Source: Dehalococcoidia bacterium UBA6627
GTDB taxonomy: Bacteria; Chloroflexota; Dehalococcoidia; UBA2979
NCBI GenBank assembly: GCA_002455955.1
Contig: DKLZ01000022.1
Coordinates: 932-64,931 of the forward strand
Direction of reading: 5' to 3'
DNA length: 64,000 nt
How positions within the stretch are numbered: the first letter of the stretch is position 1; every line of letters starts with the position of its first letter. Both the position numbers and the translations under genes were made by a program. A model generated the notes under the pieces. The model saw only the letters and a program-made list of their open reading frames with translations. It made no database searches and was not told the origin of the DNA. Of the stretch, positions 1-9,949 are shown piece after piece.

Positions 1-1
1 A

Positions 2-196
2 CTAACGGCAAAGGGCGTCGAATTAATCATAGCCAATGATGTTAGTGCTGCTGATGCGGGTTTCAGCACCGAAGAAAATCGGATTACGATTCTTGATGCG
101 AATGGGGACTGTGAAGAAGTTCCGTTGATGTCGAAGTATGACTGTGCAATACGCGTCCTAAATCGAATGGCGCCGCTACTACTCTCTAGGAACTAA
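2..196 (+). CDS. coaBC: Phosphopantothenoylcysteine decarboxylase/synthetase (CoaBC), C-terminal fragment; the 5' end lies outside the window
   Basis: Frame +2 translation ...ELIIANDVSAADAGFSTEENRITILDANG... matches the conserved CoaBC C-terminal block (ANDVS...GF). TAA stop at 194-196. Confidence 0.5.
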   Translation, partial: LTAKGVELIIANDVSAADAGFSTEENRITILDANGDCEEVPLMSKYDCAIRVLNRMAPLLLSRN

Positions 197-324
197 CGAT
201 CTCTCCAGTTCGTGAGTTTGAATGATTCGTATCCGCACAAACCTTTTGAGAACCAATAATGCAACAGTCTCGTACAGTGCTACTCATGACAGTCACTGTG
301 TCTAACCGAATTGATATCGAGCAT

Positions 325-711
325 TCAAGACAGTGACTTACGCGGTACCTGTAACAACTGCAGCGTATTCCCGTCCGGATCGTGGAACGTAGAGATCCAA
401 CCACCCCAAGGCTCTTGCTCGGGCATTCGCAAAAAGACTACCCCGTTATCTCGCAACCGCTCACTCGTAGCATAAATGTCGGTTACCTCTAAATTGATCA
501 TCAATCGAAGTGGGTCTTGATTCGAATAACTCACGCCCTCGTGTACAGAAATGGTTAAACGTTGACAGCCCCACTCGAAATTTACGAACCGATCGCGATC
601 TGATCGCGGAATTAGACCAAGAACTTTGACATAGAAATCACGCATCGCTTTGAAGCGATTTTCGGCCGTCCAGACAAGAACGCCTGATAAGCTGATAATT
701 CGATCACTCAT
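325..711 (-). CDS. VOC/glyoxalase-family protein
   Basis: 160-aa ORF. The internal Met (MSDRIISLSGV...) avoids overlap with pepA. Small beta-alpha-beta-beta-beta type sequence typical of the glyoxalase/bleomycin-resistance fold. GGTGG SD-like motif upstream of the internal ATG. Confidence 0.5.
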   Translation of the reverse strand: MSDRIISLSGVLVWTAENRFKAMRDFYVKVLGLIPRSDRDRFVNFEWGCQRLTISVHEGVSYSNQDPLRLMINLEVTDIYATSERLRDNGVVFLRMPEQEPWGGWISTFHDPDGNTLQLLQVPRKSLS

Positions 712-737
712 CCAAAAACCACCATAAACTTTAACAG

Positions 738-2258
738 TTAACGGGTGCGATCTAGAACGTACTGCACTAGCGTGCGAACAGGGATGCCAGTCGCACCTTT
801 TGTCCATTCACCACGATCACCACCAGCATTCATTACTCCAGCTATGTCAATGTGCGCCCAAGGAGTATCCCCGACAAAAGCTTGAAGGAATTTCGCCGCC
901 GTTATTGAACCCGCAGCTCGACCACCCGTATTTTTCAAATCGGCAATATCAGACTTAATTTGTCGGTTGTAGTCGTCATCTATGGGTAACCGCCAGTACC
1001 GTTCTCCTGTCGCACCACTTGCAGTGTCTAGTTGACGCCAGACTCGATCGTTATTCGCGAATACACCAACTCGTACATTGCCGAGAGCAACGCTCATTGC
1101 TCCGGTGAGTGTCGCAACATCTATCAATGTTGTAGCACCTTGAGATTTTGCGTAAGCAAGAGCATCAGCCAAGACTAGACGGCCTTCGGCGTCAGTATTT
1201 ACAACCTCAATGCTTTGCCCATCCATCGCATATACAACATCGCCTGGCTTCGTTGCGGAACCACTAGGCATGTTTTCGGTACATGGCGCAATGGCCATAA
1301 CATTGACAGATGGCTTCAGTTGAGCGATTGCTTGTATCGCACCAATAACACTCGCTGCTCCGCACATGTCCCACTTCATCGCTTCCATACCGTTCGCGGG
1401 CTTAAGAGAAATTCCACCGGTATCGAATGTAATCCCTTTACCTATAAGGCCAACATAGTTCCGCCGCCGCCGAGCACCGTGGTATCTAAGCACAATGAAC
1501 TTTGGTGGTTCGACAGAACCATTGGAAACAGAGAGATATGAACCCATACCAAGACGTTCAGCCTCAGCACGTTCGATGATTTGACATTCTAACCCGTTAC
1601 TTTCGGCAACACTGAGTGCTTCTTCTGCCAATCGGGTAGGAGTCATCCGATTTGCTGATTCGTTCCCTAGATCGCGCGCGAGGTTTGTTGCCTCAGCCAT
1701 TGCTCGACCGATCGTGACTCCTCGCTCAGTCGCAGCGCGGTGGCGAGTCGAGCTCGCTAGAATCGTTAAGCTACCAACTACACCCCGTGGTTTATCTGCA
1801 GCGCGAGTGTGGTGCTTATCAAAGCGATAAAGGCCCATTACAAAACCTTCGGTCACAGCGCGAGTAGCTTCCTCTGCTGACAGCGACCGTGCAACGCTTG
1901 TGGGTGCTGCAAGTACGACATGACCTGGGTCCATCCCACGTAATGCACGAGCAAACGTCGCGGCCATCGTTCGGATTTGGGTCGAGGTACTCTCACCGAT
2001 TTTGTCGCCAGTTTCGAGCACTACAACACGCTTTGCTCGTGCATTTCTCGGAGCGGGAAACTCAAGCAGGTGACCAGCATTCCCATTCAGAAGACCTTGT
2101 TCTTGAGCGCGACGAATCAACCCGCCTAGCTTTTTATCGGCGGCAGCTGTATCACCACTCAGCTGACGACGCCCTTTTGGTGCATAGATGACGAGAGTAT
2201 CGCCTGACTGGTTAAATAAGTCGCCAACACTGACATTGATTTCCACGATGTGCTCCAT
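738..2258 (-). CDS. pepA: Leucyl aminopeptidase (M17 family)
   Basis: NTDAEGRLVLADALAYA M17 signature and conserved Lys/Asp/Glu metal ligands. Start placed at MEHIVEINV..., giving about 507 aa, which is typical of PepA. Confidence 0.85.
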   Translation of the reverse strand: MEHIVEINVSVGDLFNQSGDTLVIYAPKGRRQLSGDTAAADKKLGGLIRRAQEQGLLNGNAGHLLEFPAPRNARAKRVVVLETGDKIGESTSTQIRTMAATFARALRGMDPGHVVLAAPTSVARSLSAEEATRAVTEGFVMGLYRFDKHHTRAADKPRGVVGSLTILASSTRHRAATERGVTIGRAMAEATNLARDLGNESANRMTPTRLAEEALSVAESNGLECQIIERAEAERLGMGSYLSVSNGSVEPPKFIVLRYHGARRRRNYVGLIGKGITFDTGGISLKPANGMEAMKWDMCGAASVIGAIQAIAQLKPSVNVMAIAPCTENMPSGSATKPGDVVYAMDGQSIEVVNTDAEGRLVLADALAYAKSQGATTLIDVATLTGAMSVALGNVRVGVFANNDRVWRQLDTASGATGERYWRLPIDDDYNRQIKSDIADLKNTGGRAAGSITAAKFLQAFVGDTPWAHIDIAGVMNAGGDRGEWTKGATGIPVRTLVQYVLDRTR

Positions 2259-2378
2259 TCGGTGCGAGGTATCCACTCTCAAATAATAAAATCTAATTTC
2301 GCAAGGTTGACGGGAGCATAGGAGGCAGACTCCAGCTAGACAACACTTGAATAACTTAACGTTTATAAGCCAACGACA

Positions 2379-3212
2379 GTGGAAAGAGTTACTGGGAACG
2401 CGATGCACATGAAGATCTATCGCTACCTATACCAAGTCACCGCTCCATCTCGTACAGGCCTTGCTTGGTTTGATCTCATAGAAATCTTCCTTGTGGTGAT
2501 TGGATTTCTGCTTTATTTCCTGGTGCGTGGCGCTGTGGTCGATCGCGAAGAATTAGCACTTCAGAATGCTCGTTGGATCATCGAACTACAGCAATCCATC
2601 GGAATTTGGATCGAACCCAGCATCAATGAATGGGTTCTGGAGCACGGGTTACTAGTTAGATTCTTTAACTTTGTTTATTTCTGGCTTGATTTCCCGTTAA
2701 TTGTTTTTGTAGGGCTGGTTTTGTTCTGGAGGCGTCGGACCTTCTATAGGCTTCTCCGTGACGCACTCTTAATATCTGGGGGATTCGCTCTACTCGTGTA
2801 CTGGAGTATTCCGGTTGCCCCACCGAGGTACATAAAAGAATGGGGGTTTGTTGACACCTTAAAGGAATACTCGGACCTCGCATATCAGGCTCAATCTACT
2901 GCCGCATTTGTTAATCCCTATGCAGCGGTGCCATCATTGCATGTGGGATGGGCGATTATTCTCACCATCGTAGTCTTCAGAACTACACGGAATGGCCTTC
3001 TGCGTGCAGCATCAATCGCAACGATGGTGTTGCAATCAATATCAGTTGTGGCCACAGCCAATCACTACCTTTTCGACGGTGTCGTGGGAGCAGGTGTCTG
3101 CATAGTGAGTCTCATGATTGCACTTTGGCTACAGCAATCAGGTTATCCACGGATCCGCTCGTGGCTTCATCATCGGACTGATGACCGCTCCCTTGATTTT
3201 ATTGAAAAATAA
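2379..3212 (+). CDS. PAP2-superfamily (PAP2_3/AUR1-like) integral membrane protein
   Basis: Multiple TM helices. PAP2 motifs: PSLHVGWA (PSGH-like) and ANHYLFD (H-x3-D). Start uncertain: the Met codons at 2403/2409 are alternatives. Confidence 0.5.
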   Translation: MERVTGNAMHMKIYRYLYQVTAPSRTGLAWFDLIEIFLVVIGFLLYFLVRGAVVDREELALQNARWIIELQQSIGIWIEPSINEWVLEHGLLVRFFNFVYFWLDFPLIVFVGLVLFWRRRTFYRLLRDALLISGGFALLVYWSIPVAPPRYIKEWGFVDTLKEYSDLAYQAQSTAAFVNPYAAVPSLHVGWAIILTIVVFRTTRNGLLRAASIATMVLQSISVVATANHYLFDGVVGAGVCIVSLMIALWLQQSGYPRIRSWLHHRTDDRSLDFIEK

Positions 3213-4003
3213 TCATTCGGTGGAATTTCGTACCATGCTATGCCCAACATGCGAGGTCCTAGCCTCGCCGCCGCATGGCGAGTGAGCGGAGCAATAACTA
3301 ATTCAGCATTAGGCAGCTTGCGTTGAATCCAGATCGCCAGTGCTTCAGCACCGGCTTCTGCTCCTGCATGGTGTACTGCAATGCGCGCTCTAGCAGAATC
3401 GACGATTCGCTTGGCAAAGTCATCGCGAAGGAGCGTGAGAGCTTCCTCGCGTGTTTTGGGGCGACTAATGATCGAGACTTCCGTACCACGAAGAGATACC
3501 AGCGCACGATGAGTTGATTCCCTAAATTCGGCGTTGCCCGCTGCACTCGTTAGCTCGGGATGCTCGAGCATCACAAGGACATGTATTTCTTTTCGAACTG
3601 CGCGAGCAGTGCTGATTGCCTCGTTAAGAGTGCCACCGGCCCGAATCACTTCGGCAGCCACAACTGCCTGCCAACCGCTGCCCATCAGAGCATGATCGCT
3701 ACTCTCAATAGTCACGCGATTTTCAATTTGATCGAAAGCTTCATGAAGATTGTCCGGCGATCCGAAACCATCACCCGTAGCCAAATAAAGAAGTTCAGTC
3801 GCTCCATCCTCGATCGCCTTTCGCACCGCAGCGATGGATTCCTTGACCGGTACCGCTGTTGCTTCTGAGTGAAGCTGCGGAATTGTATCGGGTTCGATCA
3901 GCAGTGGAGGATCTATTGGGGCAAGATAAACATTATTCAAAGAACATAGATGAAATGGGATGCAACAGTCCGCATCAGCAACAACAGCAAGCGAATGTTT
4001 CAC
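3170..4003 (-). CDS. DegV-family (fatty-acid-binding EDD-fold) protein
   Basis: N-terminal DS/DA..lP motif (LAVVADADCCIP). C-terminal ...HHAGAEAGAEAL...GPRMLGIAW resembles the DegV C-terminal GPG block. Convergent 43-nt overlap with the PAP2 gene. Confidence 0.5.
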   Translation of the reverse strand: MKHSLAVVADADCCIPFHLCSLNNVYLAPIDPPLLIEPDTIPQLHSEATAVPVKESIAAVRKAIEDGATELLYLATGDGFGSPDNLHEAFDQIENRVTIESSDHALMGSGWQAVVAAEVIRAGGTLNEAISTARAVRKEIHVLVMLEHPELTSAAGNAEFRESTHRALVSLRGTEVSIISRPKTREEALTLLRDDFAKRIVDSARARIAVHHAGAEAGAEALAIWIQRKLPNAELVIAPLTRHAAARLGPRMLGIAWYEIPPNDYFSIKSRERSSVR

Positions 4004-4169
4004 AGAGATGTTTCCTCTTGAGACCGATGCTCAAGAATTACTAATTGCTCGGTCATGTTGCCTATGCTAGCGTGGCTATTCATGAGGGAGGAGTCCGCCG
4101 GGCGCGGGATCCTCTCACTGGGAGTTATTTTTGTAGGGCCAGGTTAAGAGTAGGAATACTTCGAGTTCG

Positions 4170-4436
4170 ATGCCAACGACCGAAAACAAACAAGTAATCA
4201 TCGAGCAATTCAAGCAACATGAAGGCGACACTGGGTCGCCTGAGGTTCAAATTGCCCTCCTCACAAATCGTATTGTGCAGCTGACTGAACATCTCCGTGA
4301 GCATAAGCACGATTACTCCACTCGACGTGGCTTGCTAAAGCTCGTAGGCCAAAGACGTCGTCAGCTCCGGTACCTCAGTAATAAGGACGTGGAGCGATAC
4401 CATCAGGTAATCCAGGCTCTGGGGTTGCGCCGCTAG
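4170..4436 (+). CDS. rpsO: 30S ribosomal protein S15
   Basis: 88 aa, ...[32 protein letters not shown]... is the canonical S15 sequence. Confidence 0.95.
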   Translation: MPTTENKQVIIEQFKQHEGDTGSPEVQIALLTNRIVQLTEHLREHKHDYSTRRGLLKLVGQRRRQLRYLSNKDVERYHQVIQALGLRR

Positions 4437-4682
4437 TGCGTGACCCTTTGTTTCGGGTAAGAAACCAGGAACTTTTGAGCCTTCGAATTGACCACCACGC
4501 AGCCCGAGGCGTGCTCGGTCGGACCAGGAATCTTTAAGACAGCCGGCGGCAAGTCCGCCCCGATACCCGCTAAACAATCCCAGTTTAACGTCGCGATCTA
4601 TATGATCGCTGTGACGTATATTTAGACCCAAATCTCAATAGTGATAACAGATATTTGAATCAGACAAGAGGACGATAAGAGA

Positions 4683-7043
4683 GTGACAGTCCAAACAACT
4701 ACATCTCATAACTACCCAGAGGGCACTTCGGTTTTCTCGAATACAATCGAAGGTCAAACCTTCGAGATCTCAAGCGGACGACTAGCACCAAACGCTGCGG
4801 CTGCCTGCACCATCCGCTATGGCGACACAATGCTCCTGATCACGGTTTGCCATGAGAACCCGCGACCAGGCATCGACTTTTTCCCACTTACGGTGGACTT
4901 CGAAGAACGAATGTATTCCATCGGCAAAATTCCAGGGAATTTCTTCCGCCGAGAAGGCCGTCCCGGTGTTGATGCAACATTAGCGGCTCGCATGACCGAC
5001 CGCCCGATTCGTCCATTATTCCCAAAGGGGTTCAAACGCGAAGTACAAGTGGTTTGCATGCTCCTTACCTCCGACCGTGAACAGCCAGCAGATGTATTGG
5101 GAACAATCGGTGCATCGGTTGCAGTAAATCTTTCGGAACTTCCATTCGAAGGGCCTGTCTCCTCAGTACGGGTGGCTCGTGTAAACGGAGAATTCAAAGC
5201 GTTCCCGACCTATGACGAGATAGAAGCATCCGATATCGACTTGGTCGTCGCAGGCACTGAGGAATCAGTTGTGATGCTCGAGGCAGGTGCTAAACAAGTC
5301 CCTGAAGAAGAAATAATTGAGGCGATCGAGTACGCCGAGGAAGTGATCGGTCAAGTTAACGCCCTACAACGTCAAATTATCGATGCATTAGGTCAAAAAA
5401 AGATGGAGTTTGAGGTTCCAGAACCGACCGATCCGGAACTCGTTTCGATGGTAAAGAGCGTTCTAGATGGTCGTGACGAGGAGATGTTGGCTGCGATTAG
5501 TGGTGAAGGTTTCCGTGGAGTCGATGAACTCGGAGCGCAGGTCTACAACGAGATGGTTTCGAAAATTCCCGATGATGAGGAATTACCTTACGAACAGCGT
5601 CTCGTCAGGAACACCGTCGAGGCCGAACTAAAGCTGTTTGTCCGAAATCGTGTGCTAAAAGAAGGCTTACGCGCCGACGGACGCCATCCAGATGAGCTAC
5701 GTACAGTTACTTCTGAGGTTGGCGTTTTGCCACGAGTGCATGGTTGCGGACTTTTTCAACGCGGAGAGACTCAAGTACTCAGCGTTGCCACGTTGGGCGC
5801 TCTACGCGATCGTGCGAAGGTGGATCGAATTGCTCCAGGCGACTGGAAGTACTTCATGCACCATTACAACTTCTTGCCATTCTCTGTAGGGGAAGCGCGC
5901 TTCTTACGTGGCGCGGGGCGGCGAGAAATTGGCCACGGTATGCTAGCCGAGAGAGCTATCGAACCCGTACTACCAGACTTCAATGAGTTCCCTTACACCA
6001 TACGCGTTGTGTCAGATGTATTAGCCTCGAACGGATCAACATCACAAGGATCCGTCTGTGCGTCGACACTTGCGCTGATGGATGCCGGTGTACCGATTGA
6101 CGCACCGGTCGCAGGAATCGCAATGGGACTGATGTCTACTCCAGATGCTAGCGAATATAAAGTGTTAACTGACATTGCTGGCATTGAAGACGCCTTCGGA
6201 GACATGGACTTCAAAGTGGCAGGTACAGAAGCAGGTGTCACTGCTGTTCAACTCGATATCAAACTATCGGCATTACCCTCAGATTTCATGAACGAGGTAT
6301 TCAGCAAGGCGCGCGATGCGAGAATGGAGATTCTCGACATCATGGGGAATGCGATCGAAATGCCACGTGAAGAAGTAGGTGCATTCGCCCCAAAGATCAG
6401 TGTCGTCAGAATCGATCCAGCAAAGATCGGTGCGGTGATCGGTCCTGGTGGGCGCGTTATCAACTCAATTATTGAACGCACAGGCGCCTCCATCGATATC
6501 GAGGAGGACGGATCAGTATTTATAGGAGCATCCGAATCTGACGCAGTGGCAAGAGCAATTTCAGAAGTAGAGGGACTTACCAAAGAAGTTGAGGTTGGTG
6601 ACGAGTACGAAGGATCAGTTGTTCGCCTAATGGCGTTCGGAGCTTTCGTCGAGATCTTGGCTGGCAAAGACGGACTCGTCCACATTTCAGAAATGGCTGA
6701 GGGCCACATTGACCGAGTAGAGGATGTCGTCAACGTAGGTGACAAGGTTAAGGTCAGAGTGATCGAAATCGATAATCTCGGTCGAATTAACCTTTCAATG
6801 CGTGAAGCGGGAGGTAACGGTGCCGTAGGGCTTTCCGACGAACAAGTGGACAGCACGTCAAGCGAACGTTCTGATAGAAACGATCAGAGAAGAGATTTCG
6901 ACAATCCCAACGAACGCTCGCAAAATCGTAGAAACAACCAACCACAGCGCAGAAATAACGATCGACAGCGTGGTGGTCGAAATCGCAACGATCGCCCTCG
7001 ACGAAACGACGGTGATGCAGATTCTGGTGGGCGCCGCTGGTAA
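4683..7043 (+). CDS. pnp: Polynucleotide phosphorylase with a C-terminal R/N/Q/D-rich tail
   Basis: Two RNase PH domains plus KH plus S1 (GDEYEGSVVRLMAFGAFVEI). GTG start with AAGAGGA SD. Directly downstream of rpsO, as in the conserved rpsO-pnp operon. Confidence 0.95.
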   Translation: MTVQTTTSHNYPEGTSVFSNTIEGQTFEISSGRLAPNAAAACTIRYGDTMLLITVCHENPRPGIDFFPLTVDFEERMYSIGKIPGNFFRREGRPGVDATLAARMTDRPIRPLFPKGFKREVQVVCMLLTSDREQPADVLGTIGASVAVNLSELPFEGPVSSVRVARVNGEFKAFPTYDEIEASDIDLVVAGTEESVVMLEAGAKQVPEEEIIEAIEYAEEVIGQVNALQRQIIDALGQKKMEFEVPEPTDPELVSMVKSVLDGRDEEMLAAISGEGFRGVDELGAQVYNEMVSKIPDDEELPYEQRLVRNTVEAELKLFVRNRVLKEGLRADGRHPDELRTVTSEVGVLPRVHGCGLFQRGETQVLSVATLGALRDRAKVDRIAPGDWKYFMHHYNFLPFSVGEARFLRGAGRREIGHGMLAERAIEPVLPDFNEFPYTIRVVSDVLASNGSTSQGSVCASTLALMDAGVPIDAPVAGIAMGLMSTPDASEYKVLTDIAGIEDAFGDMDFKVAGTEAGVTAVQLDIKLSALPSDFMNEVFSKARDARMEILDIMGNAIEMPREEVGAFAPKISVVRIDPAKIGAVIGPGGRVINSIIERTGASIDIEEDGSVFIGASESDAVARAISEVEGLTKEVEVGDEYEGSVVRLMAFGAFVEILAGKDGLVHISEMAEGHIDRVEDVVNVGDKVKVRVIEIDNLGRINLSMREAGGNGAVGLSDEQVDSTSSERSDRNDQRRDFDNPNERSQNRRNNQPQRRNNDRQRGGRNRNDRPRRNDGDADSGGRRW

Positions 7044-7062
7044 AGCGTAAAGGCCTGAAAAG

Positions 7063-7785
7063 ATGAGCCTCATCGAGGTCAAGGTCGTTTGCCTCGACCT
7101 CGATGACACCCTTGTAGACGCGCGTGGATCATGGCACGCGGGCTTTGCAGAAGTAACCAATCACCTGCTCGAGAGATCTCCTAAGTTTTCTGCACTAGGC
7201 TCGCCCGAAGAGATCTACGAGCAACATCTACGACCACGCATAATCGCGGCGCAACGCAAAGCTGGTAGCAACGAATGGAGTAATGATTTTGCACGCGAAG
7301 GGTTTCGTGAGCTCCTCAGGGAAAATGCGGGTCTTGGACCAACGGAGTCCGACTCTATCTTCAACGCTTACCTTGAGGCTTGGCCGCGTTATCTCCGGCT
7401 CTTCGATGATGTTTTAGAGGCCCTCGAAGCATTACAAAAAAAGTTCAGACTGGCACTAATCAGCAACGGTATCGGACATGAACAACGCCGCAAACTCGAC
7501 CGATTTTCGCTTAACAGATACTTCGATGTGTGCGTAATTTCTGAAGAAATCGGGATTACGAAACCTGACCCCAGAATCTTCAAGTACGCACTACAAGCAC
7601 TTGATATTGAAGCGGTATCTGCTCTTCATGCCGGAGACAATCTACATCACGATGTCGCCGGTGCACGCGACTATGGGATGTATGGGGTATGGGTGAATCG
7701 TCGCGGTGGACGATTCGAAGGTCCAAATGAGGCAGATGCTGAGGTCAGAGACCTAAACGGTCTGGTTCGACTGCTAACTCCCTGA
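7063..7785 (+). CDS. HAD-superfamily hydrolase (subfamily IA-like)
   Basis: DLDDTLVD motif I, ISNG motif II, and K...GDN..HD motifs III/IV. Lies 19 nt after pnp. Confidence 0.8.
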   Translation: MSLIEVKVVCLDLDDTLVDARGSWHAGFAEVTNHLLERSPKFSALGSPEEIYEQHLRPRIIAAQRKAGSNEWSNDFAREGFRELLRENAGLGPTESDSIFNAYLEAWPRYLRLFDDVLEALEALQKKFRLALISNGIGHEQRRKLDRFSLNRYFDVCVISEEIGITKPDPRIFKYALQALDIEAVSALHAGDNLHHDVAGARDYGMYGVWVNRRGGRFEGPNEADAEVRDLNGLVRLLTP

Positions 7786-7811
7786 CATTTTCCTTAATGA
7801 ACTCACCCGCC

Positions 7812-8762
7812 CTATTTACGGTCTATAACTTTATGTGCTGCTGTCACTATGCCATCAGGGGTGAGATCCATCAATTCTAACATTTCTGACCAAGTTCCAG
7901 ACTCGCCGTAACGGTTAACCCCGACAAATTCCATTGGAACTGGTTCAACACTTGCCAATGCATGCGCAGACATACCCCCAAGTCCTGCATAACTCAGGTG
8001 CTCTTCAGCAATAACAAGCGCGCCGGTGTCTCGGGCGGCACCTTCAAGAGCCGCCACGTCAAGAGGGCGAATCGTTGACATGTTTAGCACGCGAGCCTCT
8101 AACCCCTCCTTAGCAAGTTGCTCCGCTGCCCGCAGCGAACGTTCAACCAGTAGACCGCACGCGACAATTGTCAGATCTCCACCGTCACGCAGCATGTGGG
8201 CGCGACCTAGCTCAAACTGTGCACCGTCCGTGTAAATCACAGGCGTTTTTGGTCGGGCTGTCCGCACATAGAACGGTCCCGGTGTTTTTGTGGCGACTTC
8301 TATGATTGCCTCTGATTCGACAACATCGGCGGGGGTACAAACAGTGAACGTGGGCAGCGAGGAGAACACTCCAATATCTTCGATTGACTGAGCCGAAGCC
8401 CCATCCTCTCCGGTCGAAACTCCACCATGACTCGCTACAAGCTTGACATTGAGCTGAGGTTGAGCAACAGACATTCGAAGTTGATCGAACGCGTGCTCGG
8501 CGAAAACAGCGAACGTCGTCGCAAATACAGTGTGTCCTGCTGCTGCGAAACCTGCTGCCGCCGAAATCATATTCTGTTCAGCAACTCCAAATGAAAAAAA
8601 ACGTTCCGGGAACTCATCGCGAAATTTCCGTGCGGACGTGGATTTACCCAGATCGGCGTCAACCACCACAAGATTGTTGCCTTCCTTTTGAAGGCGAATC
8701 AGAGTAGGGCCAACAGCTTCACGTGTAGCAGCGAGTGGGTGTACCTCTGCAGTTGCCATCAT
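7812..8762 (-). CDS. Transketolase, C-terminal (pyrimidine-binding) subunit
   Basis: FGVAEQNMISAAAGFAAAGH and other transketolase Pyr/C-domain motifs. 316 aa, the split-type subunit size. Confidence 0.85.
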   Translation of the reverse strand: MMATAEVHPLAATREAVGPTLIRLQKEGNNLVVVDADLGKSTSARKFRDEFPERFFSFGVAEQNMISAAAGFAAAGHTVFATTFAVFAEHAFDQLRMSVAQPQLNVKLVASHGGVSTGEDGASAQSIEDIGVFSSLPTFTVCTPADVVESEAIIEVATKTPGPFYVRTARPKTPVIYTDGAQFELGRAHMLRDGGDLTIVACGLLVERSLRAAEQLAKEGLEARVLNMSTIRPLDVAALEGAARDTGALVIAEEHLSYAGLGGMSAHALASVEPVPMEFVGVNRYGESGTWSEMLELMDLTPDGIVTAAHKVIDRK

Positions 8763-9595
8763 TCAGCCAGTTCAACCATTGCTAACGTGAATTCTTCGTC
8801 AGAAGGAGGAGCTCCGTGAAATGCAGGATTATGCTCCATAAACGACACTCCTTTACCCTTAATGGTGTCGAATATTAGACAAACCGGCGCACCGCGCTGA
8901 TTACGCGCCCAATCATAAGCGCGATCGATCTCGTCAAGATTATGACCGTCGATATCCGATAGCACGGTCCAGCCGAAAGCTTCGTATTTCTCGTGGAGCG
9001 GTTCGGAGTTCATCGTGGCCTTGGTAAAGTCATCGTTCTGAATGCCGTTGCGATCAACGATCGCAACAAGACCTTCTGCTTGGTGGTGCGCAGCAGACAT
9101 CGCCGCCTCCCAGACTTGGCCTTCGTTTTGTTCACCGTCTCCCATTAGCACCCACACACGGGATTCATCTAGCTCCTGCAGCTGCTGTGCTAAACGAAGC
9201 CCGAGACCAAACGATAGACCCATGCCAAGAGAACCTGCCGAATTATCAATACCAGGGGGCTTTCCTAGAACTGAGTGACCTTGGAGGCGTGTACCTATTT
9301 TCCGAAACGTGGACAATTCTTGAATCGGAAAATATCCGAACTCGGCAAGCAATGCGTACTGAACAGGCGTACAGTGCCCCTTCGACATGATGAAACGATC
9401 ACGCTCATGCCACGACGGGTTCCCAGGATCATGACGGAGGTGCTTTGCGTACAGCACAGACAGTAGATCAGTGGAAGACAGCGAGCCGCCGATATGACCG
9501 GACTTCGCGTCATACACCATTTGAACGACATGCCGCCTGATACGTCGTGTCAGTTCAACGAGGTCCTGCTGGGTCTCAATCACCATTGTCATCAT
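8759..9595 (-). CDS. Transketolase, N-terminal (TPP-binding) subunit
   Basis: GHIGGSLS and GDGEQNEG ThDP-binding motifs. 4-nt ATGA overlap with the C-subunit gene. Confidence 0.85.
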   Translation of the reverse strand: MMTMVIETQQDLVELTRRIRRHVVQMVYDAKSGHIGGSLSSTDLLSVLYAKHLRHDPGNPSWHERDRFIMSKGHCTPVQYALLAEFGYFPIQELSTFRKIGTRLQGHSVLGKPPGIDNSAGSLGMGLSFGLGLRLAQQLQELDESRVWVLMGDGEQNEGQVWEAAMSAAHHQAEGLVAIVDRNGIQNDDFTKATMNSEPLHEKYEAFGWTVLSDIDGHNLDEIDRAYDWARNQRGAPVCLIFDTIKGKGVSFMEHNPAFHGAPPSDEEFTLAMVELAE

Positions 9596-9769
9596 CGCCT
9601 CAGAATTCTTGAGAAGAAAAGTAATTATACGTTCGGCTGTTTACCCGGTCCAAGTAGATCTATGAAACATCAGAACATAAGAAATTGCAGCGAGTATCGT
9701 ATGGTCACTTGCGTAATGCCAATATGAATTACTCTTATAGGATCAGAGGATGATCAGACGGAGCATGTG

Positions 9770-9946
9770 ATGACACTGTTTCGGGTCCTTTTGATTGTTT
9801 CAGCCGTGATCATTGGTTACCTAATCCTGTTCGCACCGACTCGTTTGCAACGGATCGGATTTCACGCGAAGCGCGTCGGTCTTGTATATGTCGCAGCGAT
9901 TTTAATCCATGCAGTCTTGCGGCTCTGGTTGGGATGGGGAACTTAA
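9770..9946 (+). CDS. Small hydrophobic protein (58 aa, two predicted TM segments). It is not in the ORF track.
   Basis: ATG at 9770 preceded by GGAG at -9. Translation MTLFRVLLIVSAVIIGYLILFAPTRLQRIGFHAKRVGLVYVAAILIHAVLRLWLGWGT. The stop lies 3 nt before the glycerate kinase ATG. Confidence 0.35.
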   Translation: MTLFRVLLIVSAVIIGYLILFAPTRLQRIGFHAKRVGLVYVAAILIHAVLRLWLGWGT

Positions 9947-9949
9947 CCA

